From NCBI GenBank assembly GCA_040285745.1, contig JAUFOR010000002.1:1364001-1428000 (forward strand): DNA of 64,000 nucleotides. The letters are read 5' to 3'. Of the stretch, positions 33,801 through 41,061 are shown piece by piece; within the stretch, counting starts at the first letter, position 1, and every line of letters begins with the position of its first letter. The notes beneath the pieces were generated by a model, which saw only the letters and a list, made by a program, of their open reading frames with translations, was not told the origin of the DNA and ran no database searches. A program made the translations under genes and the position numbers. The DNA comes from Barthelona sp. PCE. Lineage: Eukaryota.

Positions 33801-34314
33801 TGACAACGGTGAACTCTTTCTTCTTAGAATCATACGCATAAGCACGTCCGTCAAGCCAATTAAAATGTACAAAAACTTTAACGGGAACAAAATGCTTACC
33901 TTCACCATCATCGAATCCTAAATCGTACCACTCTTCCCAGCTACGCTCGTTGTAGTCATCATTGTCAAAGAATGAAAGCGGAAGCCATGCTTTCATCGAA
34001 GGTTGCCATATGACTGGAAGATCGTGAGCTTTGAGATCGTCTAACTGCTCCTGTGTGGGTTCGACCAGGAATATACCAGCTTCAGCAAGAACAGCATTAA
34101 GATTAGCTGCAAGTTCAGCGTATTCTCGACTAAGTCGTTCAATAAGAACGCGACGGGGAACCTCACCGGGCTTGTGCTTGTAGGGTGCGAAGACTTTCGG
34201 TTCGCATGTGATGATCTTCTGTTGCTGAGCATCTGTTCGAGTTCTAGTTCGTTTTGGGATTGTGAACGAACGAAAAGAATGTCCCTCGAGGCTTGGAAGC
34301 TTCTTCACTGTCAT
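21829..34314 (-). CDS. DNAH1: Axonemal inner-arm dynein heavy chain, DNAH1-like (4161 aa, intronless)
   Basis: P-loops GPAGTGKTE, GPTGGGKT, GETGTSKS, GVGGSGRQS; WSCFDEFNRI; C-terminal RAGTLSTTGHSTNFV...HWIKRGTALLC. N-terminal PGEVPRRVLIERLSREY is typical of DNAH1. Confidence 0.95.
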   Translation of the reverse strand: MTVKKLPSLEGHSFRSFTIPKRTRTRTDAQQQKIITCEPKVFAPYKHKPGEVPRRVLIERLSREYAELAANLNAVLAEAGIFLVEPTQEQLDDLKAHDLPVIWQPSMKAWLPLSFFDNDDYNERSWEEWYDLGFDDGEGKHFVPVKVFVHFNWLDGRAYAYDSKKKEFTVVISGKTFHLTRDQCLIMGENPLRFVERLRNMYMTRHETELHLKYTLYISKMPLDNLPLIDQEKLKAVLNRALEGIDISFYDIFGQPRSIPSVSKSIKKISPNAYNSLQINIEERTKELLKDLQLDFAQLENSLILKKLLDDDNFLKNFNDESLVEIAHLINAPKPKPLPVDRDSIPITREEYEDARDSFVKKSFFTKPECVEVLAKLYNENHRLQEHLQFFLVSNKTFHVEEFASIQSTTLTNAKVFLTDNYLSAVRSHLLNTLKNVKIGWFSAANLQPNIFKHSRMADFIRTLNFVCQDVLRRLLLNNINKYRDWIVRVQNFVPLISDTNDVKVTLMDNSIRSAPLFVVKLEVKKATHDENFSSFEQYTEFITAINESFDLPLDEDDGMMDDDGEDEPLVKPDITSEISEKEYPDYVEMETTAIDYDVPLTLFEGMPLKVFDNVLASLVDLPKIETLVMSTQFLNEDTLDCIGIIDVEAQRDEIGRAMGSLLVPLKRYLQTFNKYSKFMTLPTSLFQRYLKTNYESLDLVLLKERVSKLRAEKQALYNDIQESINLGGVQVNCSSVRQHLEKKYDVLIEALLQCIVQKATALCSEIGSQYEGFYKKLIERPRSIEHLTEIKEFQTSIVSHEDVLSEKMDTMVKIYEQLEKLSYCFSDSEFALRWKIFSWPRNLENVAAKNLVLFEKYEEKFRKELKKGQESFQRKVQDVSLIVGNFHQNIDPAKTAEYAAEIKRLLSELKSAGQQSKDFNTREGLLSINKTNYNDVKVLQEAFQPFADLWLTAQNWDDWWKLWNSEAFSDLNAIEMEEQVMSAFKTIKKSVKGLSEHPACAEIAVTTKEKIEEFVPHIPLLQALRGPGMRERHWKELSLELGFELNPDEDDSFTLRDFFSLNLPSHELAIFKVTDYASKEFMIEEALSKMKEAWEGMEFFINPYHDTYTMGGIEDVMTLLDDHIVTTQAMSFSPFKKPFEEEIAEWEALLKSTSDIIEEWCVVQASWMYLEPIFSSADIIRQLPREYKTFSSVDHTWRRLMNIANRNPDCLAFCSQEKLLSKFKECTELLDQVQKGLADYLESKRAVFARFYFLSDDDLLMILSQTKDPTAVQPHLRKCFDNIHKIEFVENNEMVAMFSGEGERVPFKDGVFPTEFVENWMCDIEEMMKASVHHVISQAISAYYEMPREEWVLAFPAQVVLIVSAVMWTRENELAIEEQACEAQAEKQRKQIFALTNLVRGKLSRVHRTGIGALLTLDVHSRDVTDELIQHKVGDIRDFNWISQLRTYWDNDDIYIRMVQSNVRYKYEYLGATSILVTTPLTRLIRVTLFNAIHFQLGGSPQGPAGTGKTETVKDLGKIVGSQVIVMNCQEGLTVFSFERLFLGLVQTGAWSCFDEFNRIDIEVLSVIAQQLSTIYQSIRQGLKKFVFAGVEVKLDPTCGVFITMNPGYAGRTELPDNLKAQFRPIAVMVPDYALIAEVRLFSFGFKEGKNLARKMVSTFRLSSEQLSSQSHYDFGMRAVNTVISAAGKLKRESPDQNEEIVLLRALRDCNLPKFLADDLPLFNGIISDLFPNTKIPSIDYGLLQQSIFESIAERNLQPTEDFVQKVIQLFDTTVLRHGLMLVGPTGGGKTECLHTLATSLTKLKDSDDFYKVHILTLNPKSISMDQLYGGRDKNTQEWYDGVLAKNIRTAAQNESDDHFYICCDGPVDALWIENMNTVLDDNKKLCLPSGQIIPLTDRMNIIFEVEDLAVASPATVSRCGMVYLEPIHIGFKAWIDSWISTLPENFVQFRPIIQRIFTGLIEPCVDFVKRSCNELIPAVASNLIQSCFRLFDSFIKNYQPVDEVTPVPQEVLDRIPNILDALLVFSVLWSVGASIDGASRKKFDVFFRNLIPQHCKCTLPSDEKTLYSYKFDEENNSWVLWEDTVEPFKADSKSSVSDLIIPVPETIALQYVMKILNENRQNILSVGETGTSKSVSIKQNLVNQIDGNTFIPLFVTFSAQTSANQTQDILDSKFEKRRTVYFGPPLGKHMIIFVDDLNMPKREEYGAQPPIELVRQWMDHGGWYDRKALYLRHIIDVHFVSAMGPPGGGRNPVTDRLLRHFNFLCFPVLSNESLFTIYNSIIGHFFASNKFSENLMDIQGDIIKASVKLYNTVCDNMLPTPDKSHYTFNLRDLSSVIQGICMCHPQSLSNSPDTLIRLWAHENMRVFGDRLTNDDDRVFISKKIAEIVRTDLNNDIKRLVPEYEPEKPLRLFFGGITDDLAYREVTDVKQLQKRIENRLVDYNEEESHKMNLVMFTNAIEHILRIYRIITSPEGNALLLGVGGSGRQSLTRLSVFIAKYELFTITVTKGFGMTEWRENIMQLLKSCGLDEKNTVFLLTDAQIQTEQMLEDVSNILNIGEVPNLFDETELDQIYQTMRPVAREQGITPTKLNLYSLFVSRIKQHIHVVLCMSPKSALFRQRLRQFPSLVNCCTIDWFTEWPREALESVARGKLVQMESSVIEFCVHVHQTVSDLSQDYFNKLGRHNYVTPISYLELLSMVELLFKDQADKLKRAKHRYTKGLDIINETEVQIEILRKRFEKLIPELQTKSEELTVIIGNLNIKKEEVRKKREEIEKQEIVAQKNAAECAAIKEDAEADLEQVRPAFEAAQNRVKQIDPRMLTELGSFLRPPETVKTCMQAVCILLDKKPRRVPDPSGVPGKYIREYWGPAQELLRKPRDLLDRLLNYDTKNLTDEIVQKVRVFREDPTFNEKEMQKVSMAAATLSVWVCSVYDFHVVAKEVEPKERALAEAKAELDIIMSKLKGLREELDALEEQIQSLESSLEEQNSFKVKLEKDVENTQKKLKRAEKLLTSLADERKRWKEEVVELEKLEVCLTGDVLLCAAFISYLGAFTNDYRKQLVQSWFEKLAEVNINCSSRFSLQRTLGDANETRNWNMNGLPYDEFSIDNAIIMNNTERWPLLIDPQSQANRWIRNTYGADSIEVVNINNTDEKTVMRKLENCIRFGKKFLLENLSSNIPSYLNSILLRQITYEKGKVPMIKLGDHMISYNSDFQLFLTTKLFNPHYSPEIQSKVTLLNFSITFQGLRDQILSKIVIEEKPELEKLKNRLIKDTFQMKCNLKEIEDDILRILENTSQEAILEDDKAIDVLAGSKKVSIQVQEKVREAEITEKEIDHARSQYIPISIRATILYFCVVDMSAADPMYQYSLQWFLRLFVSSIHNSPKSEDLQERIVSLTDFFTYSLYENICRSLFEVHKLMFSFLMSVRIKMNRNELDNREWRYLISGLAMDPNHPNPDPSFITDGMWQEICAVSQLPRFEKYVHDWLNNTATWRKLFDSNDVHEVTLPAPFDEMDAFGRLLILRTFRPDKVVPAIQAFVTSNLDGRFIVPPTFDLTGSYRDSSALTPLVFVLSPGADPAQDLFAFAEQMHMRHKLSHISLGQGQGPKAAKMIEAAAESGSWVLLQNCHLSSSWMPELERIVDSFNPDRIRPEFRLWLTSMPSKEFPVSILMNSVKMTLEPPKGLRNNLLRSYVSFDDALFNHPTKPVEFNHLLFSLSFFHAAIQERRKFGALGWNIPYEFNQSDLSICVKQLSYFLEHYDDIPFEVLRFLCGQINYGGRVTDVWDKRTIQTIITTLIDENVLNESWDLVNSIVDNDGTYRVVSSLEKTDYVSFIESLPLNAEPSVFGLHQNGDITHMTNETFHMFDTLITLQPSDSGGAGGDRNDKIDSLAKDIASRVSPVFDIEAIQARYPTRYEESMNTVLQQEAIRYNRLLKVLHRSLDELRRALKGEVVLSQELEEVANNLFNNQVPTLWTKVAYPSLKPLSAWVSDLIVRCNFINNWYEQGPPVIYWMSGFFFPQAFITGTLQNFARKYVISIDTISFSFTIMDAARPTTPPEDGVYVDGLFLEGARWDPKSHSLVEAKPKELFSEFPVIQLLPLSNRIKPKEGIYNCPLFKTAKRAGTLSTTGHSTNFVTTIEVPSTSEGEAHWIKRGTALLCSLRF

Positions 34315-34772
34315 CTTTGAACCATACTGCGTGTTCTAAATGTTAAATCTCTCTGCTATGCTGAGGAAATTTCGAAAAAATGTTCAAGTTCGAATTACCC
34401 GCAAAATAGACATACTCCAGTTTTGGAAATCATAGTAGCTATGGTTTTTAAAAAAAAATTAACGTAAAGAACAAGAAATGGAGGTGAAAAACTCTAAACA
34501 ACTTATATTACATACAATAGCTCTGCAAACCAGCATAATCCCCACTAACTAGAATTATCTCCCGTTTATTGGATACTGTGTTGCGTAAAAATGCTGTAAC
34601 ACCAAACTGCAAATTCGAAAGTTTCAGTTTTCCGTAGTTCCACATATAATTTGTTTGTTTGAGGGTTAAATGAACACAACACATTCGTGGCTATGCAACC
34701 CAAAGTAAAAACAAATGCTATCACGCTTTTCCCCTATTTCCACTATTTGCTCCATAGTAACTCTTTTCAAAC

Positions 34773-35594
34773 ATGACACAAGTTAGAATTCCTGAAAAAT
34801 GGTCCTTTTTACAATCAACTATTGACACAGAAAATGATAACATTGATAACTTTATTGTTTCCGATGTTTCTTCCGGTATTTGGCCCGATTCCAATAACAT
34901 TTTCAATGCGCTGAACGATATGGATCCTAAACAAGTGCGATATGTCGTACTTGGACAAGATCCTTACCCCAGACCAGTCTCTGCAACAGGTATCAGCTTT
35001 TTTGATGGAGAAGTACTTGACTGGCAGGGCAAAATGTCCCCCAGTATCCGCAACATCATCAAATCCATTCTTATTTCAAGAGATCTGTGCGAACCTGATA
35101 CCAAAGTTGCTCAAATGCGACAAACAATTTCTTCCATTAATTTCCCACAGCCACAGGAATTCTTTGACAGGACGCGCAAAAATGGCACCCTTTGGCTCAA
35201 CACATCATTAACATTTGGTGGTAAAGCTGCCAAGACACTTCGAGAGCATCTGAATTTCTGGAAGCCAACAATCAACACAATAATTGAACACGTCATTGCT
35301 GAATCAGAACACACAGTTGCGTTTCTTTTGTTTGGTGGAAAGGCTCAAAAACTGGAAAAATCAATTCAAAAGAAAGCTGATAAGGCAGGTAAACAAATCG
35401 TTTTTGTAAGAAATTGTCACCCAATGATGCAAGCTTTCCATGACGAGTGTTGCTTCCTTGAGATACCTGAATTCGTTGATATTGTTTTCAATGAAACAGA
35501 GAACAAGAAAAGAACTTTAGGTGGTGAAAAGGGTTCAAAAATTCATCCTTTGCTTGATGATTTGGAATTCCAAGATCCCAAAGCTGAAGAATAA
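34773..35594 (+). CDS. Uracil-DNA glycosylase superfamily protein (atypical family 1-like)
   Basis: VVLGQDPYP, ATGISF, SPSIRNI, GTLWLNTSLT, AFLLFGGKAQ, terminal HP motif. Confidence 0.88.
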   Translation: MTQVRIPEKWSFLQSTIDTENDNIDNFIVSDVSSGIWPDSNNIFNALNDMDPKQVRYVVLGQDPYPRPVSATGISFFDGEVLDWQGKMSPSIRNIIKSILISRDLCEPDTKVAQMRQTISSINFPQPQEFFDRTRKNGTLWLNTSLTFGGKAAKTLREHLNFWKPTINTIIEHVIAESEHTVAFLLFGGKAQKLEKSIQKKADKAGKQIVFVRNCHPMMQAFHDECCFLEIPEFVDIVFNETENKKRTLGGEKGSKIHPLLDDLEFQDPKAEE

Positions 35595-35610
35595 GATTTT
35601 ATTCTTTATA

Positions 35611-36255
35611 CTAGTTCCAAAGTGATTCAATCTCATGTTCAGTAAGTGTTGCAAGCTGATCGATTAGGCCTTCAGTTATCCTCATCAGTACTTCCTCGCG
35701 GGTCCCCCTGGCACTCACGATCTTATGTGTAAAAATTTTTGTTCCAACAATGATTTTTTCAAGAAGACTGTTGACTTTCAACAAAAAATCTATTTGTTCA
35801 TATCGTTCCAGTGCTTCTGCTGCGGTTGCAGCCAACCTTTCCACTAAAAGTTCCCTGTCTCCCGTTAAATATATTATCAAATCAGGTTTAATAATGCCGG
35901 CGTCATATTCCATTGCCCAATCAAGCTCATATCCTTTTGCACATGTGTAGGCAGACCCTGACATCGCATATCTGTCGCAAACAATCGTTTTTCCTGACTC
36001 TAGCAGTTCAAAAAATTCATCATTCACTTCCTTTCGATTATCTGCATATAAACGGTGAATCTCTTCGTCTGACATGTCCTCGATCTTGCGCAGGTACCTG
36101 TCAATACGGATTCCTGTCTCTGTTGTTCTGTCAGGAAATTTTTTTCCAACAGTTGTTACTCCATGCTCGTTTAAATATTGGACTAAATTAATACACTGCG
36201 ACGACTTGCCCACTCGGTCGAGTCCCTCAACAACGATAAAAGCACCGCGTTTCAT
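35611..36255 (-). CDS. TMK: Thymidylate kinase
   Basis: RGAFIVVEGLDRVGKSSQ, KFPDRTTETG, VCDRYAMSGSAY, KPDLIIYL, ERYE. True start is probably the ATG at 36255. Confidence 0.95.
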   Translation of the reverse strand: MKRGAFIVVEGLDRVGKSSQCINLVQYLNEHGVTTVGKKFPDRTTETGIRIDRYLRKIEDMSDEEIHRLYADNRKEVNDEFFELLESGKTIVCDRYAMSGSAYTCAKGYELDWAMEYDAGIIKPDLIIYLTGDRELLVERLAATAAEALERYEQIDFLLKVNSLLEKIIVGTKIFTHKIVSARGTREEVLMRITEGLIDQLATLTEHEIESLWN

Positions 36256-36303
36256 GAATGGTTGATTAGAGATGATATATCTTTTAACAGCTCTTACACA
36301 TAA

Positions 36304-37299
36304 ATGTCGGAAGAATTTCCACCTCTCATTGCAAGAAAAGAACGATTGACCATCGAAGAGATCGAAAAACTTGAGGGTCTTCCAGAAATCGATACATTCC
36401 AAAACGTGAAGCCTTCGGAGCTTTGTTATTGCACCTATAGACAGGCCCCTGACTTCCTCAAGGGCAACAGTGGTATCTGTGACTACTATCGCTTCAACTA
36501 TTCCCATTCGATGGCCTTGAGGAGCATTTTTAAGTGGCATAATCAAACATTAAATCTATGGACTCACCTTCTGGGAGCTCTCTTGATGTTCTTCTGCTAC
36601 CAATGGTGGGCTGTTGACGAATACAGCGTTGTTTTTAAGTTCATAACTATTGGTCCGGCAATCACTCAATTCTTTTCAGGTGTTTTCCATATGTTTGGGT
36701 GCTGTAGTAAGAACCACTACTTCAGACTTGTGTCTATAGATATTGCCAGTATCGCAGCAACGGTTTTTCCCCTGCAGTATGGTAACGCCAGACTTTTGTT
36801 GCCTGGTAACGCAGGAGATACGTGGATAAAGGTGTGCTTCACCGCGAACGCCATTGGAATTTTAACCGTGTTCGTCCCTTCGTTCAACGATCCTAACATC
36901 AGATGGGTGAGGAGCGTCGTCTGGAGCACAATTGCATTCTGTGCATTCATCATCCCTGTTGATTCGTGGCGTAGATACGGCCGCAGTGATATCCTTGAAA
37001 TTGTGTTTATTCAATACATCTTTTGGTTTATTGCAATGCTCATTTATTCGTTTAGAATCCCAGAACGTTCTTTAGTGAAGAAATATGCTGAAATGGAGGG
37101 AATCGACGACGTTGTCAAATTCCCATCAACGAAAACTAACGTTTCTGTAACTAGAACCGACGAAAAAAAAAAACACAGATATTTCTCAACATTTGTACAT
37201 TCGCACATCTTATTTCATCTGATGATCACGTTTAACAGCGTCCTTAATGTCTATATTATGAACTACATCATCAGATATAAGCTTCCCATCAAAGTGTAA
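36304..37299 (+). CDS. PAQR/adiponectin-receptor (HlyIII) family membrane protein
   Basis: SIFKWHNQTLNLWTHLLG, FSGVFHMFGC, RIPER, HSHILFH; about seven TM segments. Confidence 0.9.
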   Translation: MSEEFPPLIARKERLTIEEIEKLEGLPEIDTFQNVKPSELCYCTYRQAPDFLKGNSGICDYYRFNYSHSMALRSIFKWHNQTLNLWTHLLGALLMFFCYQWWAVDEYSVVFKFITIGPAITQFFSGVFHMFGCCSKNHYFRLVSIDIASIAATVFPLQYGNARLLLPGNAGDTWIKVCFTANAIGILTVFVPSFNDPNIRWVRSVVWSTIAFCAFIIPVDSWRRYGRSDILEIVFIQYIFWFIAMLIYSFRIPERSLVKKYAEMEGIDDVVKFPSTKTNVSVTRTDEKKKHRYFSTFVHSHILFHLMITFNSVLNVYIMNYIIRYKLPIKV

Positions 37300-37307
37300 A
37301 TACATCG

Positions 37308-39125
37308 CTATCGAACTTGTATCCTTTCCAATGAGAGCGGGTCTGGGAAATCTGTGATGCTCTCACTGTAGCTGATCATCTCGGTTTCCTCATCGTACAT
37401 AACGTGAGTCACAGTCATGGGTATTTTTGAATAATTCAACAGACGACATTCATCTATATGACGTGAAATAACTGCGTAATCGTGAGATTTTCTCAAATTA
37501 CTGTCTGAATTAACAAACCTGATCTCCTTGTCTGTAAAATCAATGTTGTAAACACGACCTCTATGATATACATGTGTTTGTGATATCATAACGACGTATT
37601 TGTGTTCATTTTCATCAAACTCACACGGCATATCGCGCCATGCGTATTCAACTACCTTGTTATACAGGTCATATCTAATAATAAACATTGGATGCTCACC
37701 TTCACCATATGGGATTCCTAATATATAGCCGGCCATGTTCATAGGATACATATGGTAGTATCGTTCATCGTACACTGACTTTCCATCGAAATGAAGCCAA
37801 AGATTGGTGTCTAAATCATAAACATAGAATACAAAATCTCTTGTCGCAATCAAAATTTGAGTTAATGCAATGACTTTCATAATAGAAGGATTATAAAACT
37901 GTGCCTGATACTCATGAATCAATGTGGAATCATCCCCGTTCGAAATATAAATACCTTCATCCGTTGCTATACAACATCTTGTGTCCTCCAGAAATACACC
38001 TAAATAACCGTGCTTAACTGTCAGTGCCCACGTCAATTCAGCAGTGGCACAATCCACACGGCCAAATACTCGACCTTCCTTACAACCTACTGATACACGA
38101 ATGTGGTCATAATCCATATACTCTGCACGGGGGTACACCTTGTACCCAAACGTAGAGAACGCCTGGCTGAGATCATAAACCACCTTTCGAGTCACTACCG
38201 AATCGCGTAAGAAGTATACACCTTTGACAAAATTTCTGAATCGATGACTAGATAAAACAAGGTTTTCTGAAATGAGAGAGAATGGGTTGATCCTCAACTG
38301 TGTGTGTGACCCGTATGCATCCACAATAACTGGACTTACCTCTGCAGTAAAAGGAAATTCAAATTCTTCGTGTTGCCAGCATATAGAAATACCAAACCCA
38401 GTGCTAATTCTCTTATAGCTAAACTTATCACCCAATAATGAACACACAACAAAGTATCCTGGGCATTCAAACCATATTTCAATCTCATCCGAGTGTAATT
38501 TCACAAGATACACACCTTGAAGGTACCATTTATCCTCTAATTTTGCAACGGGTGGCATCAGCTCCAAAAGATCGTACTGTTCGCCACCTACACATAGTAT
38601 AAGAGATAAAAATAATCCCTTTCCGTAACTGTACTGATATAGACAAAAACCAGAGCAATTCAACACTTCTGCAATCATAATTCGACTTCTATGTGTGTCG
38701 ATCGGCCCCACATCTACTGTTACGGTTGCTTCAAGGTATGGTTGACTAATAATGACCGAATTAGGAAGGATTTTCTCGAACCAACAGCCTCTTACGTTAC
38801 AAGGATCTAAAGTAAAGGGTGTCGACTTCCCAGATTCCAAATCACATACATACTTGCTTGTGAATCCAAGACTAAAAACAACCCTTTTAAAATCAATAAA
38901 ATCGCATAACCCCGTAATCTTGCTTGTATCAACATCTTTTACCTTGACGTGGCCCACGTTCACACATTCAAACTTCTTGTGAATGGAAAAAATGCGGTAA
39001 TAAATGCATCCATTCAAGAATTCAAAAAACCCAAATAAATCTTTGTTCTCATGCGCACGCCAGACTGTGGTGCCCCTAAACATGTGGCCATCCCACTCAA
39101 CCAAAGCCTGCATATCTTGAAACAA
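37308..39125 (-). CDS. Divergent lineage-specific family protein (605 aa)
   Basis: Long ATG ORF, aromatic/beta-strand-rich; shares a C-terminal motif with 41062-42954. Confidence 0.75.
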   Translation of the reverse strand: MFQDMQALVEWDGHMFRGTTVWRAHENKDLFGFFEFLNGCIYYRIFSIHKKFECVNVGHVKVKDVDTSKITGLCDFIDFKRVVFSLGFTSKYVCDLESGKSTPFTLDPCNVRGCWFEKILPNSVIISQPYLEATVTVDVGPIDTHRSRIMIAEVLNCSGFCLYQYSYGKGLFLSLILCVGGEQYDLLELMPPVAKLEDKWYLQGVYLVKLHSDEIEIWFECPGYFVVCSLLGDKFSYKRISTGFGISICWQHEEFEFPFTAEVSPVIVDAYGSHTQLRINPFSLISENLVLSSHRFRNFVKGVYFLRDSVVTRKVVYDLSQAFSTFGYKVYPRAEYMDYDHIRVSVGCKEGRVFGRVDCATAELTWALTVKHGYLGVFLEDTRCCIATDEGIYISNGDDSTLIHEYQAQFYNPSIMKVIALTQILIATRDFVFYVYDLDTNLWLHFDGKSVYDERYYHMYPMNMAGYILGIPYGEGEHPMFIIRYDLYNKVVEYAWRDMPCEFDENEHKYVVMISQTHVYHRGRVYNIDFTDKEIRFVNSDSNLRKSHDYAVISRHIDECRLLNYSKIPMTVTHVMYDEETEMISYSESITDFPDPLSLERIQVR

Positions 39126-39164
39126 GAAAGAATTATCTTTACATAGTATAGCATAAGAGATACA

Positions 39165-40739
39165 TTAAGAAGAACCATAATTAGCATTAAACTCCTCCAA
39201 CTGCTCAAGCTCCTCTTGCATAGCAGAGGGACGAATCCTCTCAACGGCTTCAAACCAATCGTTCTTGTTAACTGGTCTGATTTCATTGGCGCTGATTGTC
39301 TCCAACTGTGAAGCGCTTAACTCACGTACCGGGAGGAAGGCGACTTCTTGTGCCAGTGATTTGATATCAGCACCCGAGTATCCTTCGATACGCTGAGCGA
39401 TTTGATCAAACTCACGATCTGAAATGTCATAAGGGACATCATCCAGAATCTTCTCAACGAGGAACCTGCGTGCCTCAATGTCTGGTAAGGGTACATATAC
39501 ACGACGCTGTGTACGACGAAGTAGGGCAGAGTCAAGAGTCCAGGGGATGTTTGTACACGCAATGAAAAGGCAAGGTGCTGTCTGTTCGTCACCACGCACA
39601 CCGTCTAGCTGAACAAGGAACTCGGTCTTCATACGACGCATGGCATCATGCTCCTTCTCTCCTCTCTTACCGAGAAGTGAGTCAATTTCATCCAGGAAGA
39701 TGACTGAAGGTGCGAGAAAACGTGCCAAGTTAAAGAGTGCAGAGATCTGCTTCTCACCCTCACCCAAAAACTTTGATGTGAGCGCAGAAGCGGAAACGCT
39801 AAAGAAAACACAGTCGATCTCGGACGCAATAGCCTTCGCGAGCATTGTCTTACCATTACCTGGAGGACCGAATAAAAGTAAACCACTGGGTGCTGAACGT
39901 AATCCAGTGAATAGTTCAGGACGCTTCATAGGTAAGATAATCATCTCTCTGAGCAATCGTTTCACCTCACTGAGACCTGCAATGCTGTCAAAGTCAACAC
40001 CTTGATCTCTGTCAATGACGTTAGCCAAAATTTGTTGAATCGTATCTTTGTTAACATGTGAAAACTCCTTTGGAACCTTTCCAGCACGCAGTTGTTCGAG
40101 ACGTTTGACGGCGTTGGCATACGCTGATCCCTCCTCGGGGGCGGGGGGCTGATGGCTGACCGTCTCACGCCCGCTTCTATTGTTGCGAGCATTACGGTTG
40201 CTATTGTTTCTCGAACTCCTGCTATTGGTGGTGCTGCTTCTTGAGCTACGTTCCGTCGAACGTCTGTTGCTGTTGTTCGATGAACTGTGTCTGCTCTCAT
40301 GATGTCTGGAACGAGTGGTCGAGCGCATGTATGAGGGAACATCCTCTTCGTCCTCCTCCTTGTTATTGAAGCTGTTGTACATGTTGGTCATACCGCGCAC
40401 ATTATTAATTGCTTCACGTTCATGGTTTTGTCTGGAACGGCTGCCTTCCTCAGGAGTAGTAGATCTGGCAACAGATGGTGCTGGTGTATCCAGTGCATTG
40501 CCCGTTGTGGTTCCTAGAATTTCCAAACGATTTTGAACATTGCGAATTGTTCTGGTTAATCTGGAGTATTCCCTTTGATTATACCAATCGTTGCCTGATG
40601 ATATATAGGGTGAAATCATGCTTAAAGCTTCCTTATACACTTGTACAGCGCGAGCATCATCTGTTCCTTCGGCATCAAGGCCTTGCCCTACAAGTTGTCT
40701 AAATGCGGCAGCAATCTCCCTCTGTTTTGATTCACTCAT
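39165..40739 (-). CDS. SPAST: Spastin-like microtubule-severing AAA ATPase (MIT + AAA)
   Basis: GLLLFGPPGNGKTMLAKA, SASALTSKFLGEGEK, FLDEIDSLL, RRMKTEFL; N-terminal MIT-like helices. ATG at 40739. Confidence 0.88.
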   Translation of the reverse strand: MSESKQREIAAAFRQLVGQGLDAEGTDDARAVQVYKEALSMISPYISSGNDWYNQREYSRLTRTIRNVQNRLEILGTTTGNALDTPAPSVARSTTPEEGSRSRQNHEREAINNVRGMTNMYNSFNNKEEDEEDVPSYMRSTTRSRHHESRHSSSNNSNRRSTERSSRSSTTNSRSSRNNSNRNARNNRSGRETVSHQPPAPEEGSAYANAVKRLEQLRAGKVPKEFSHVNKDTIQQILANVIDRDQGVDFDSIAGLSEVKRLLREMIILPMKRPELFTGLRSAPSGLLLFGPPGNGKTMLAKAIASEIDCVFFSVSASALTSKFLGEGEKQISALFNLARFLAPSVIFLDEIDSLLGKRGEKEHDAMRRMKTEFLVQLDGVRGDEQTAPCLFIACTNIPWTLDSALLRRTQRRVYVPLPDIEARRFLVEKILDDVPYDISDREFDQIAQRIEGYSGADIKSLAQEVAFLPVRELSASQLETISANEIRPVNKNDWFEAVERIRPSAMQEELEQLEEFNANYGSS

Positions 40740-41061
40740 GTTTTTTAAGCTTTCAGAAGGTAAAAGAAAAGGTAGAGAAGTAGAAGAAAGAAAGAAAATA
40801 TTATTCAGCTGTTTCACCTTCTATTAACAATCGCTCATCGTAAATGACGGCAATACATACATTACAACGCAATACAACTGTCTGAAACACCAAAGTTAAC
40901 ACCTTTCTGGATTTTTATTTGGGATTTTTTCTTCTAGCTTAGAAACAAAACTCTTTTATTCGTCAGGTAGCAGCCAATACTCCATCGATCCCATAAAACA
41001 TTGAGCCTAATACTTTAAATAAAATATGATACCACAAAAATACAATTTTCAATCAAATTCT

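Noticed and set aside
36256-36546. 96-97 codon N-terminal extension of thymidylate kinase in the ORF track
   Set aside because: It lies antisense to the PAQR gene; TMK homology starts at the ATG at 36255.
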